The notes beneath the pieces are model-generated. The model saw only the letters and a list, made by a program, of their open reading frames with translations. It ran no database searches and was not told where the DNA came from. A stretch of DNA of 64,000 nucleotides from positions 322,299 through 386,298 of the forward strand of contig RDEW01000002.1 in the NCBI GenBank assembly GCA_011109175.1, in the 5' to 3' direction. Origin of the DNA: Dicyema japonicum. Its lineage: Eukaryota > Animalia > Dicyemida. Each line of letters opens with the position of its first letter. The first letter of the stretch is position 1. A program made the translations under genes and the position numbers. This document shows, one piece after another, positions 1 through 12,990 of this stretch.

Positions 1-17
1 CTAAGGTCAGGAGTAGA

Positions 18-432
18 TTATTATTATTAAAAACCAAAAATCACCGACAAATTAAATAACTACATAGCCGTCAGGTGATTCCGGCCGCCTCGAGTAGCCA
101 TCTCATTCTTGCTCGGTGTTCTTCCCGGGTTCCAAAGCATTTCCGGATTGGGCGGGGTTTCTAAATTTTGTTAAAACACTCCTTAGACAATATAATGGGT
201 GTTTCAACTCAAATTTGGACTTGCTCTACGTGCAGTATATTCAATCGTCTCTAACTTACGGATGTGCTGCATGGGGAACCAACCTATCAAACAAGAATAT
301 AGAAAAAAATCAATACCTTCCAAAAAATGGCCAGTAAGGTTTTGAAAAGGTTTTCTTGGACACCTATAAACCCTACACCTTTTGAGGAATTAGTGAGGAA
401 AACCGGAGCCTTACTACCCTCCAAAAAAGTTA
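18..432 (-). mobile_element. Ingi/Vingi-like LINE 3' fragment with internal 5' inversion
   Basis: Minus strand 160->71 reads KPRPIRKCFGTREEHRARMRWLLEAAGIT*, the family's GIT* terminus, followed by a (TAA)n tail at 18-29. Plus strand 160-432 reads LNFVKTLL...LLYVQYIQSSLTYGCAAWGTNLS, the RT C-terminal region that precedes it in intact copies. Confidence 0.75.
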
Positions 433-1049
433 GATAGTTAATAAAATCTGAAATTCAGTGTTTTCGGTGCTAATATTTAGAATATATTAATATTAAGAAC
501 ATTCTGAGATAGATAACTAACAATTTCCTTGTCTCTCTCAAATACCCGCTATTTGGGATAGACGGGATTCGAACCAAGACATTAGTGTATTTGCTGCTTT
601 TTTATATCCGAAAGTTCACATATCAGATGTATCCTAGTCCTTAAGAGAGACGAGAGGTTACATCTATATTGAAGAGATAAAGTGTACTATACCAATAATC
701 GATTCCACGAGAGCTACGTCATCCGCTTAACCATTAACCACGTGGGAATCGTAAAAAGTTTCTGTGCTACAGTATTGAAAAACAAAGAGGAAATTGTCTA
801 TAAATAAATCCAAATTTTGTGTGAATTATGATTCTGGAAAGCACGTGGTTAATTATAGAGAGCGTCGAAATAGTTATGTAAGTTGTCGAATGAACAAGAG
901 AGGTTTTCGAATGTTGGGTAAAAGAATAAAAGTGTATGGAGAAAATCGTTTTCGCTTAGTTTTTAATAAACATTAAAGATTGACGGATACGAAAAAAAGT
1001 GCCAAGTTTTTATCTAACTTTTTATTTCAATCTGGTGGCACCCCTTAAA

Positions 1050-1275
1050 AAAGAGGACAGGAAACCCATTCAGAGAGAGGGTGGTTCATGCGGAGGATTT
1101 CAGATTGACATTAAAAAAAGTGGACTCCGATAGAATTTCTCTGCAGAAATTAAAGAAGACACTTCAGAAACGCTGTTGGTTCATTTGAAGAAAGTTCGAG
1201 AGATGTTGGAGACTGGGATCACTTAATTTAGCAAGTTAATTTTTTCTATCTTGGTGGTCTTGGGGTTTAAAAAAA
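1050..1275 (+). mobile_element. Ingi/Vingi-like LINE 3' end fragment
   Basis: Ends ...EMLETGIT* (stop ~1226), followed by the 3' UTR motif TCTTGGTGGTCTTGGGGTTT-A-rich. Similar motifs follow the copies at 49737-49795 and 53910-53965. Confidence 0.6.
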
Positions 1276-1279
1276 TTTC

Positions 1280-3110
1280 CCACGTTCCTATGTTCACCTG
1301 ACCGATACAACTCCTGTTGCAAAGAGCTTTTGATTCAAATTGAGGTATAAATGAAGATATCTCAATATAATAGACGCTCAAATGTGAAATTTGTTATAAG
1401 TATGGCAATCGATAGATTATTGACAATTAAATAGTTTCGGGAGAACACAATGGGCCCCCAAGCTGGTAGCTTTTAGCAGATCAGATGGAAGTCTTAATAA
1501 TAAATGAGAGTAAACTAAAGAAACAAGAAATCTTTCATCTTCTGTGTAAATTGTGTGATTTACTCTGTGCGAAGGATGATGTAATGTCATAAGGCCTAGA
1601 AAAATCCAGATTCTTCTGGTTTCTGATTTTGCTGCAGTTTATCCAGAGTCCACGCATCTACAATGCTTTTTGGTTCGATGAGTGATGCCGTTAAAAGTGA
1701 ATACCTCACTGTGGAATTGGATCGTTTACAGACTTGTACAAAAAAAAAAAAAAGGTAAGGAACATACCTTTGACCTACATTCGACGATTCCAGTGAAGAG
1801 TTCCATAGGCAATGCAAGCAGTTGGCTGAAGTATAGAAGTGGACCGTGGCATTGGAGATTGCATTAGATATTTAAGGAAGATGATTGAAAACTTACTAAT
1901 CAAAGTAGAAAAACTCACGGCTTCTTGTCTTAATATATCCACGTTGTGCTAAGCAAATATTGGACAAAAACAGAGTTATGGTCAGAAAACTATCGACCTG
2001 AAAGAGAATCAGTCATATAGACTGGAAACTGTACAGACTGGGAACTGTGTATACCCAGGATTATACTGAAAAGCGGAATTACCCAAGCTTCTATACTCTG
2101 TCTCTTTAATTATGTGAAGAGTTAATGGCTAAAGTTAAAAATTCAAATACTCAGATGACATATTTGTGGTTGACCCTAGCGTTAGAAAAGGATCGAGTTA
2201 TTGAAAACTGGCATCGAGATAAGGGTATACTCATCATGTAAGAAGTACACAGTAAGCTAAATAGTGCACCACCACTAAATCACTGTACTGTGCCACCAAA
2301 AAATAATATCACGATTTATGGAGGTAACAATGAATTTAATTCCAATAAGCATGTTTGAGAATTGAGTCCATATTAGTAAATGAACTAATATATTATGTAT
2401 TTCAAGGAAATTTAAACCAGCAAAAACATAGGCCGCGATTAAATTTGGACATGGCCTAGATTCAAAATTTTATTATCATCGTGCTATGAGGATTGAGCAA
2501 TTCTAATCGGTGATGTACGCGTAATGTGGTTACGTTAATGGGATCTTTCAAAAAGAAGAGGCATGTGATGTCTTATTACAATAACTCGATTAAAAATATA
2601 CCCTGTTAAGTTGTTTTTGGGTTTTCCATGCATCAATTAGTCTTCTAGTATGGTTTTGAGACGAATAAAGTTAGAAGAGTTGAAAAATAAATAATTAGGT
2701 GAGAATAATATTAAAATAGCGTAAAGATCATGCCATGGAGCCAAGAGGTGTCTCGCTTTGAATTCAATGTACACGAAAACTTTCTCTAAAGCAAATTCGT
2801 TTAACTCATCATTGTGTGCAGGCACCGCGCCGAACACTGCTGAAGATTTGAACAGAAGGAATCACTGTGGGATTGTTGACGGTTCTCTTTCCACGATCTC
2901 CGTTCATACGTCTGGAGTAATTGGCCCGAGCACTTCTAAGTTTATCAGATTAATCGGACGAATTGCAAAACTGCAGAAGGATGAGTCTAGAATGACGCGA
3001 TAGATCTTCCAGAACATTGGGCTCGCGATCATGAGAGGTAACTCCCATTGCGTGCACAATGCCTGAAGGGCATAATTGAGAGTTTTTCATAACAAATAAC
3101 TTTTTTTAAA
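1280..3110 (+). mobile_element. Degenerate CRE-clade (RLE-type) non-LTR retrotransposon
   Basis: Plus frame at 2758-3065 reads ...AGTAPNTAED...ISVHTSGVIGPSTSKFIRLIGRI...*IFQNIGLAIMRGNSHCV, matching the CRE endonuclease C-terminus (AGxAAxxAE...ETSGxxGP...QRIxxAIxRGN). A weak RT-like word (RAFDS) lies near 1325. Many stops and frameshifts. Confidence 0.7.
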
Positions 3111-3383
3111 TTGGAAACTTTCTATAAACTAGACTAGATAAACTCATTTATAAATCAAATTTTTTTATTTTTGTCATAAAAACTAAAAGAATCAAATTAT
3201 TTTCAATTCTTGAGCTTACAGTAATCTCTGGTTGTTATTTAGTAATGATTTCTCTGTGATTGAGGACAGATTGATCATTTCTAGAATATTAATAGGAATT
3301 GGAACAAGAAAATTGACCTATTTATTCATGAATATACGTAGTTATGTTTTTATATTAATGAGAATATCCGATAAATAATAAAA

Positions 3384-4112
3384 ATGGACTTTGGTGGAAA
3401 AATTTTTATCGTTATTAATTCTGGTCTTTTAATTGTAATCTATTAATATTAAGTTCAAGGTATTTGGCGGAGGCATTCTATATTTTGGAGTATTGGGAAT
3501 TAAAGATATCGTTGCATTTACAGATCTGTTTAAAAAACAATTTTCGATTCCTGTGACTTTGTTTATTGCTGTTGGTGGATTAACCTTATTTGCAGCATGT
3601 TGCGGATTCTATGTAGCGTTTGGAAAAAAAGTCAATTGCACAAAATATATAGTAAGATTGTGTAATCCTTTAGTTTATATGCTTTCTTGTATTAATTGTA
3701 GTCTTTACTACGTCAGGAATTGTGGTATTATGGCTATTTCAAAATACAGTCTGCTTTTTTGATATTTTTAGTTCATAATGGGATTTGAAAGTGCTCTAAA
3801 TAAATTAAATAGAGAAGTATTTAATCAATTAGAAAAGAATTTTAATTGTTGTGGAGTAGCGAATCATACAGATATTCCAGATTTGTATGAAAGTTGCCAA
3901 GGAGAAGATAATAACATTAGTGTACTATGCTTTGTTATTTAAGGGATGTTTATATGTAATTATAACATATTTCGATAAAAATAAATTCATCATCACCGCA
4001 GTATTTGTCGGGATTGATCTGCTAGCGGTTTCTGATAATTTTAACATTACAGTTTATTGCGATCATAATTGCAGCAAAAAAGAGTAATCCAAAACCCGAT
4101 AAATCTTCGTAG
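3384..4112 (+). CDS. Tetraspanin, 203 aa, 6 exons: 3384-3434, 3460-3651, 3674-3748, 3772-3921, 3944-4027, 4053-4112
   Basis: Removing five GT-AG introns (25, 22, 23, 22, 25 nt, all phase 0) gives an uninterrupted ORF: MDFGGKIFIVINSGLLI|VFGGGILYFG...AACCGFYVAFGKKVNCTKYI|FICFLVLIVV...LFQNT|FIMGFESALNKL...KNFNCCGVANHTD...ESCQGEDNNIS|GCLYV...GIDLLA|FIAIIIAAKKSNPKPDKSS*. It has four hydrophobic helices and an EC2 loop with CCG plus two more Cys. Intron 1 has an alternative in-frame AG at 3452-3453 (19-nt intron). Confidence 0.95.
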
Positions 4113-4324
4113 ATTCCTTTAGTTTAATTATAATTTACTTTTTGGTTAATTTTAGTGATAATGTTTGACTTTGTTGTATTGTATGACACATGATTACAAG
4201 GGACCGACCCCTGAGTAGCACTGATGTGTCTGTAGTGTATGCTAACAAATTGAGTTTCTTGATAGCTAAATGAACTCATTTATAATTAGGTCACATTTTA
4301 TCCAAATTAAAAGAAACAAAATAA

Positions 4325-4460
4325 TAAAACTCATCCCTGAAGGCCAAGTCTAAATGACGCGATGGCTCTTCTAGAACATAGGGCTCTTGATCATGAGAGG
4401 TAGCTCCTATTGGGTGCTCAATGCCTGCAGGCATTAAGAAGCCTCTCTAAAACAACTAAA
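4325..4460 (+). mobile_element. CRE-like element extreme 3' fragment
   Basis: Reads MTRWLF*NIGLLIMRGSSYWVLNA; a diverged direct copy of 2975-3110. Confidence 0.6.
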
Positions 4461-4731
4461 TTTTTGGTTTATTAAAATAAAATAAAAATTCATTTATAAA
4501 AATCATTAAACGTATTTTTCAATGTAAAAAATAATTATTTCTAGCCAATAAACCAAAAAGAGTTAAAATGTAGGCTACATAAATTTCTTTAATCTGACTC
4601 GAACAAGAATCATAAAGAATATTAGCCATAGTCACGTCGAGGACAAATGCAGAGTTAGAAAGCTAATAAATGCTAGATAAATTTATAAATAGGTCGTATT
4701 TATTGACTTTTGGATCGAATTTAATGAAAAT

Positions 4732-6210
4732 CAGGATTGTTAGATTTAAATCATTTGATTTTAATCAACAAAAAATCAATGATTTAAATCATTAAAAAAT
4801 CCGGAGTTTGTCAAATTCGTCCAAATGCTTCTTCCTGGGTATCGTTTACTTTCTCGTCTTCATATTGGTGGTTTATTGCTCGATCGAGTGTACAACCAAA
4901 TACATGAAGACTGTCGGCAAAGACTCTAGGACAAGACAGTATCTATGATGTTGAACGGGTGGAGTAACATTCATAATGAACCTGTTATTTGTGTGTCAGT
5001 TGTAACATCGGATGGAGAAAGTTATCTAATTGATACTGTGGACAACTCTGGATATAGCCACACCGCGGAGTATCTTTAATCTGTTGCTTTAGCCTCTGCA
5101 AAGTCGGCCGAGCAACGGTTTGGAAGTAAAATCGGAGTCTTGTAACGGACAATGCTGCCAACATGATTAAAATGAGGCGGATAATGATGCAAGATGACGA
5201 TGAAATGATTAAATATGGTTGCTCGGCACATTATCTCAACCTTCTCTCAAAGGATGTCGAAGTAGCTGACGTTAAAGAAACCATCGTAAAATAAATAAAT
5301 ACTTTCGGAACGTCCATTTTCCAGCGGCATGGTACAAATCTGCTGGAGAAAAAAAACTTGTTTTTCCGATTGATGTTCACTGGAACACTTTATCAGACTG
5401 TTTTCAATCTTATCTGGATAATTGGTCTATAATTTTGAGAATTTGTGAGGAACACAGATCGAATTTTGATACAAAGATTCCTTCCAAAGTACAAAATATT
5501 TGCCTAAAACGACGCGTTGAAGAATATTCGCGGCTGATTAAACAATTGCTGTCGCTTTAGACAAAATTCAAAATGATTCTACGACGATTAGTCATGCTGT
5601 AGAAATTTGGAAAGAACTTGAACAGACTTACATGAATGTACGACTATTTTAGAAAAAGTGAAAACTCGAGCAGCTTTCCACTTACTTGCGAATCTAATGG
5701 ACCCAACACGTTGTGGAAGATCTCTTTCAACTTCTGAGATTGACCTTGCCTTGGAGTATTGTGCTGAACATTATGAATATGCTCTTCCGACTCTGATTAA
5801 TTTCAGAGCAAAGGCTGATCCATTCAAACTATACATGTTCGCTCCGAATTTATTGAGCAAAGTATCACCTATAGCTTGGTGGGAGTCGAACTCTTACTAG
5901 TTACCTTCTGAAGTAATTTTACTCTGCAAAAAAATTTTTGGAACAGTTGCTGCCACAGGTGGAATAGAACGAATTTTTTCGACTTCGGATTCTTACATTC
6001 AAATGTACGAAATAGGCTGGGAATTGAAAAAGCTGCCAAACTTGTCTTTGTTTACAAGCTTTTAAATAAATAAATACGATTTCCATTGTTTTTATTTTTA
6101 TTTTACTTTGTCTCCGAATAAAAATCATTTAATTCAAAAAATCTGATTTAAATCAAAAAAATCAGATTTTTTCGATTTTTTCATAAAAATAATGATGATT
6201 ATCAACACTA
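4732..6210 (+). mobile_element. hAT DNA transposon (DUF659-type), internally deleted and frameshifted
   Basis: 8-bp TSD ATGAAAAT (4724-4731) / ATGGAAAT (6211-6218). Imperfect TIRs CAGGATTGTT / rc TAGTGTTGAT and subterminal ATTTAAATC repeats. Transposase words: GWSNIHNEPVI, VTDNAANM, YGCSAHYLNLL, TGGIERIFST...RNRLGIEKAAKLVFVY. Confidence 0.9.
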
Positions 6211-6259
6211 ATGGAAATAATAAATCATATTAAAATTATGAATTATAGAAATAATAAAT

Positions 6260-9235
6260 CACATTAAAATTAAAGATATCAATCAAATTACTGATATTCT
6301 ATATGCTGCACAGTGTGCTTATATGACTTTAACTGCGAAGGTTAAACTGCAAAGTACGTGGTTGGAGAACACTGAAAAGAAAATCTCAAAGCTGATGGCA
6401 GAACTAGAACTTGTCAATCGCTTTTCCAGACAAGCTCTCCCTGTGTATGAAAAACAAAAGGTTATGGATGTTCTTTGTGCCTATGGATACAAAAGGGCCA
6501 AAAAAGGGGAGGTTGCCAGGATTGAGGCTCTACTATGTGACCTTGTAAGAATTAAGAAGAAGCAAATAGCTGTACATCATTCGAGGAAGGACTTTCGCAA
6601 GGACAACTGTTGTTTTGAATTAAATCGAAGAAGATTTTATCGGAACCTATCAGCAAGCAATGAAGTAACGTTATATGGTTTCGATGATGAGGATTGTATG
6701 TCGTTTTGGGAAAAAGTGTGGTCTAAAAGAAAAGAGATGCACGTGCCATATGACAGTGTGGGTAAAGTAAATACTGGTATTGAAGACGATGTTGCCAGAG
6801 TTCACAAATGAGTTTATCCTGGATGTTATTAAATGGCTTCCCGATTGGAAGGCGTGTGGATGCGATGGCTCATATAACTTCTTTATTAAGAAAATGGAAT
6901 CTTTACATGGCTTTTTATGTAATGAGATTAACCGAATTATTAATGGGGAATATATGCCTGAAAGTTGGTTTTATACTGGAATAACCTATTTAATTCCTAA
7001 AAAGGATGATTGTGAGACTCCTAATGACTTACGTCCTATCACGTGTATGCCAACTTTATATAAACTTATCACCAAATGTGTTAATTCCAAACTCTCAGAT
7101 TTTGTGGATTCGTTTGGGCTATTATCTGACAATCAGCTGGGAACGAGGAAACATTGTCAGGGCGCTAAGGAACAGGCCCTTATTAATCAATGCTTAAATA
7201 AGGAGTATGGAAACGCCCTTTATTCTGCTTGGGTGGATGTGAAGAAGGCCTTTGATTCTGTTGACCATGAATTTTTATTTCATGTATTGGACTGCTCAGG
7301 AATACCCCGTTGGATTGTAAACTTTGTAAAGACCATAGTCAAGAAGTGGACTGTAAATCTCCACTTAGATGGAAGAAGAATTGGTTCTGTAAAACTGGGA
7401 CGGGGAATTTTGCAAGGAGATTCATTATCCCCTCAACTATTTGTTATGGTAATGGAACCCTTGAGCAGGACCCTTAACTTTATGTTCCCAAGACTCCAAA
7501 TTAATCAGGAGGATCCTAATACACTGACTTATTCTACAAATCATTTGTTATTCATTGATGACCTAAAGATATTTGGGCTAAAAGAAGATACTGTTATTAA
7601 AATGATGGAAGTTGTTCGCGATTTCTTTCATGTTGCCGGCTTGGAGATGAATTTGGAAAAGTCACTTTCTAATGTTAAATCGCTATCATGTTGTGAGACT
7701 CTGGAAGGAGTCAGTGGATATCGATATTTGGGTGTTTTTGAAGATGAGGGAAGTAATGTTCTTAAAAGCAAAGCTATGGAGTCCATACTTGAAAATGTTA
7801 AGAAGAGAATAACCATGCTTTCAAAAACAAAGTTAAATTCTGTGAACTTATTTCGCGCAATAAATGAATACGCAATGTCCCTATATAACTATTATATAGG
7901 ATTAATTAATATTGAACCTTACGAATTTGATAATATTGACCAACAAATACGCCAACTGCTTACGTCACTCAAGTTGCACCTCAAACCTGCAAATAAAGAG
8001 AGGCTGTATTTGGACAGGAAGACGTTTGGAAGAGGACTTTCCTCGATTTCATTAAAGAGCGAATTAATACTTTTCCAGTTTTTTAAAAGTTTGGAAAAAC
8101 AATCGACTGTGTGTTTGCGAAGGTCGGGGATTCTGCGAGTAATAAAAACAAAAAAATGGCACTTGGCTACAATCGCAGGATTTCTTGCCTCTAAATATGC
8201 AATTGCCGACAGGGAAAGCATGGATATTAAGTCCCTCAAGGACACTCAGAAAAAATATTTACTAAATAAAATTTATTGCAGAACACTACACTCAATTTTG
8301 TTCAAATGTATTGATGAAACAAATATCGACCTATATACTTCCTCAGATTAGTTAGCCAAGGAAAATAACGGCTAACGGAGCGAAGCATTGTACTGTCTTT
8401 TACAAGATAGGAAATTGATTTTCGCACACACGGGATCAGTTTGCAACCATTGTAAAAAAGCAAGAAAACTGTTGATCATTTGGCCACTCAGTGTGGAAGA
8501 ATGCTAAATAGTGATTATCTCCGAAGACATAATGAAGTGGTAAAGTGCATCCATCTTCATATTTGTCGAATTTATGAATCAAAAGAAGCAGGAAATTGAA
8601 AGGACATTCGGTTCAGTCAATATTGACGAATCAAAATGTCGAAATTAGAGTTGACTCGTCGATTTTGACAGAAACAAAAGTCCAATACAATAAACCTGAT
8701 ATTTTCGTGTATGACAAAATAAAGAAGGAAGTAACGTTAATTGAAGTGGGGATTACCTCACAAGACCGACTAAAGCAAGTTGAAGTTGAGAAACTTCACA
8801 AATATGACTTGCTAGCAAATGAACTTTCGCTGCTCTATGAATGCCAAGTGAAGATTATTCCAGTGGTTTTGACATGGGATGGAGTTGTTTCAAGATGCTT
8901 CAAGAATCATATGGATAAATTATCTATTGAAGAATCAACGAGGACTTACATCCAATCGGTTGTACTGAAGAGAACGCTCGAAAGTATGCTCATTGAACAT
9001 AAGCATGGGATGAAGGTATACGATGAAGAGTACGCCTCTGCTACCTCCCAACTTGTGGAACTGGCATGCCGTGAAGACAGCCCACTGGACTCAAACGGAG
9101 ATATTTTGACTGAATCTGATGTGGAGATGCGGAGTAACAGGGAGGTTATGGCACACTCTTCTTCTAAGAGGAGAAGAGGGATTACCAACAATCTGGATCA
9201 AAATACGCTTAATTAATTAATTAGTTAATTTATTC
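6260..9235 (+). mobile_element. R4/Dong-like RLE non-LTR retrotransposon (RT, CCHC finger, PD-(D/E)xK endonuclease), 5'-truncated and lightly decayed
   Basis: RT motifs LRPITCMPTLYK, WVDVKKAFDSV, GILQGDSLSP, HLLFIDDLK. CNHC...H...C...RRHNEVVKCIH at 8440-8560. KPDIFVYD...LIEVG...EKLHKYD at 8690-8820. Frameshift ~6780, stop at 8349, further shifts ~8460 and ~8590. TTAA-type tail at 9211-9230. Confidence 0.92.
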
Positions 9236-9559
9236 GTTATTATCAAAAATTCTTTAAATAATTTTCTAATACACTTTCTAGTTAATTGCCATGACTCATG
9301 AGTCAATATACTTCGAAAGTCCTCGGTAATATCAGAACTGGAAGAATTTGCGATCACGACAACTCCCAGCAACGGTATCCATTTTTTCTCCAGAGATTCA
9401 CGGTTACTCTCTACGTTTTTTCTGAATAACCGCAATTTGTCAAGGTGATGGATATGTCAAGAAAATCTTGGCGATCCACAAGAAAATCTTGGCGTGATAT
9501 ACTGCTTATGTCTTAAGATAAATTCGAACAGATTTCTTTGGTTAAGACAACTATTGATA

Positions 9560-12548
9560 AATTATGGCAGTGTTTTTTTGGTTGAGGTGGTGACGTCCCT
9601 CTTTGAAAATATGTTTTCTTCGCGCTTAATTACCCGTTGCCCATTCTCTCTTGGTACTTTCAACACTCGAGGCTTGAAGTTCATCACCAAAAAACATCAA
9701 CTCGCACGTGATTTATTTATCCATGGTGTCAGTATTTGCTGCATTCAAGAGACAAAGATTACAGCATATTCTATTACGAAATTGGATGATTACTACATTA
9801 TCACTTTGGACTCGGTTCACAGGGATCTTTACGACCGTGTGACACGCGTATGGGCTGTCTCGGATCGTATTGCAGTCATGCAACTGAAGTTTGGAACAAA
9901 GCCCAACTCTGTTATTTCTATCATCAATGTTTATGCTCCGACCGCTGTCCGGGCTGATGCCAATCCTGAAGAACTTGGTGCGTTTTACTCATGTTTGACA
10001 GGGACATATGACTCACTTTCGTCGTCATATCTGACGTTTATTGGTGGAGACTGGAATGCCAGAGTTGGTAAAGTACGGAATGGGGAGACTTGTATTGGAT
10101 CACATGCTCGGAATCGTCGAAATTCCTCTGGTGTCTCATTGGTTCAATTCTGCGAATCCTACAACTTATTTATCACGAACACTGCTTTTGAACACCCAGC
10201 AAGACATAAACCTACCTGGACTGGTTCACGAAAGGACAAAAATGGCAACTTGATTAAAATATATAATCAAATTGATTATATCTTGTGCAGAGGAAGGAAC
10301 AAAAACCTAATACGAAACTCGAGATCATACGATGGGCTTGAAACATCAAGTGATCGCAAATTGGTGATCACTCGGTTCTCTTTTGGAAGTTTGTACAAAC
10401 CTAGAAGATATGGAAAAACGGAATTCGAAAGATTGGATACAGAAACTCTAATAAGCAATGAAATAAAGATGAAAGAGTATGGCGAAAAACTCAGAAAGGA
10501 ATTAAGCAAGATGAATACAAACAATAGTGCACAGGATTTGTGGAATGACGTTGGAGTTGCAATGAAGAATACCGCGTCGTTGGTTTTGGGGACTACTCAA
10601 AAACAAATTCAAATATAACAACGAAGAAATATCATACTTATCTTCAGAACAAAAGAATTTAAGGATTAGAATTAATAATTCAAATATACCGAGTCTAAAA
10701 AAAGAGCTAAGGATAGTTCGCAACTCAATTTTAACAAAAATCAAAAAACTTCAAAAATATCAAGTAAAAAAGGAAGTGGAGGAACAGGTCGATGAAATCA
10801 AGAAATATAAGAACGGATCCAAAATGTTCAAAGCCATTCGGATTATTAGCAAAAAGAAACGACCAGGGAATATTGTTATTCACGACCAACATGGACGATC
10901 AGTATTGAATGTTATTGAAAAGGCGAACATAGTCTCTTCACACTACTATGACATCTTTAACAATCAAGAAATTGAAAACAAATCTCCAATAACATCAACG
11001 GCTCCTCTTAACTGCCCCATTATTATCGCGGAAACTATCAAGGCAATAGGAAAACTAAACTACAGGAAAGCGGCTGGTCCTGATAATATATCTGCAGAGT
11101 TAATAAAATGTGGACTCACTGAATTGGTTGAAATAATCACCATCATACTCAATAAAGCATTTGAAGACAAAAACGATCTTAGAATTGGGAGAGGATGGCT
11201 AATTCCAATACCAAAACCTGGGAAACCTAGATGTCCCGCAAACAGTCTAAGACCAATAATTCTATTATCGGTCTTACGGAAAACCCTCTCTATCATTGTA
11301 TTAAATCGAATCAAAGGGAAAGTCGACAAATTCTTATCACCTGGACAAAGCGGTTTCAGGAAAAAAGATCAACCGCCGACATAGTATGGACGCACAGATG
11401 GTCTGGCGCTATATGTCAGAAATACAAAAAATGCATAGAAGTTCTGGGGATCGACATGAGTCGTGCATTCGACTCTGTACACAGGGGACTACTTATTAAC
11501 ATTCTGAATACATTTCTAAGTACGGATGATGTTAGAATTATTTCCTTGCTCCTAGAAGATACTCACCTGGCTGTCAAAATCTGAAATACCGCTTCCAATT
11601 TTTTTAAAACCACTCGGGGAGTTCCACAAGGGGATTCGTTGTCTCCTATTCTATTTATTATTTATCTTGAATCTGCACTGAGGGATTTCAGATTATCCAT
11701 TAAAGGACAATATTATGAGTTAATTTACGCAGACGATCTGGACTTTGTATCGGATGATTCTGAATTTCTCAAGTACATAAACGAACATCTTCCTAACATT
11801 TTCAAAAAATGGTTCTTGAAGATAAACACTGACAAAACGGAATTTACATCATTCAGCCGTGCAGAGAGGATATCTGACGAGACGTGGAGAAGACATAAGA
11901 AGGTCGGATCGCTCTTGGGGGACGAAGAAGATGTAGCTCGACGGAAAATCCTTGCATCTGGTGCTTTCAGAAGCCTATCTAAAATATGGAGTTCGAGAAG
12001 AAGACTTTGTAAAAAATAAAGCTTATGATATACAAATACTTTGTTGTGCCCATCCTAATATATAATTTTGGGACATGGGGTTTGTCTAAACGGGCAATGG
12101 AGTCTATTGACAGTTTCGACCGCAGTATGCTTCGGAAGGCACTTAATATTCACTACAAAATGAAGATCAAAAACGAACAATTATATAAGTTGAGCAAAAC
12201 AGAACCATTATCCATGGAAATCAGAAGATCGAGATGGAGACTGTTCGGTCACATTCTGAGGATGGACCTGGATGTCCCGGCAAATCACGTAATAGATGAA
12301 TATTTCATGGAAAAAACAAAATCATTCCGAGGAAGGCCTAGAACAACCATACCTATCACGTTAAATGAGGACCTAAAAGCCATAGGCAGGGAGTTGAAAA
12401 CAATGGATGACCTCGATGAACTAAGAGATCTTGCGAAACGGAGAAGTCTTTGGATGCGATTGGTGCAAAGGGTGGCCGGCGCGGCACAAGGGAACCTTAA
12501 TTGACTTTTGTTTTTTATGTGTTCTCGGCAGTGCTGATAATAATAATA
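9560..12548 (+). mobile_element. RTE-clade non-LTR retrotransposon (APE + RT), decayed
   Basis: APE words GTFNTRGL, CIQETK, GGDWNARVG, NQIDYIL. RT words AAGPDNI, LRPIILLS, GIDMSRAFDSV, GVPQGDSLSP, YADD, RWRLFGHILR. (TAA)4 tail at 12536-12548. Several stops and frameshifts; the 5' end is not defined. Confidence 0.92.
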
Positions 12549-12699
12549 GTTAAAGAGCAAGTGGAAGGAAATAGCTTCAAATTGGCATCAAGAATTCATG
12601 ATTCTGGACAATTACACAGTAGCTTCTAAATGATGGAGGAAATTAACCTTTGACGGCAGGAAAGAAGATTCACTGGATTTAATCAAGTACTGAAGAATG

Positions 12700-12990
12700 G
12701 CTAAGGATAATGACGGAGTAATCAACTTATTAGAAGTGAAGAAGGCGATCAGGGATTATAAAGCGAACGCACAAGGACACGATCGTATAAACATGCCATT
12801 TTTAAAGAAGGTCTGGTGTTTCGTGTTCTAAAAATATCATTTGAGGGTTGGGTGTATTCCATACTCGTGGAATAAGTCTATAGTAAGGATAATCCCAATT
12901 TCAGAAATATCGAAGGGGGTTCTTTTGAGCTACAGACCAATTAGTCTTGCATGCTTTGTCTCACAAATAATCAAACGGATTGTTAGTCAA
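12700..12990 (+). pseudogene. LINE RT N-terminal fragment (I/Ingi-like)
   Basis: KKAIRDYKANAQGHDRI...WNKSIV...SYRPISLACFVSQIIKR, spread across frames. Confidence 0.55.

Noticed and set aside
555-640. tRNA-like 3' end on the minus strand (GGTTCGAATCCCGTCTATCCCA)
   Set aside because: B box only; no A box, and the T-stem and D-arm do not pair. At most a relic.
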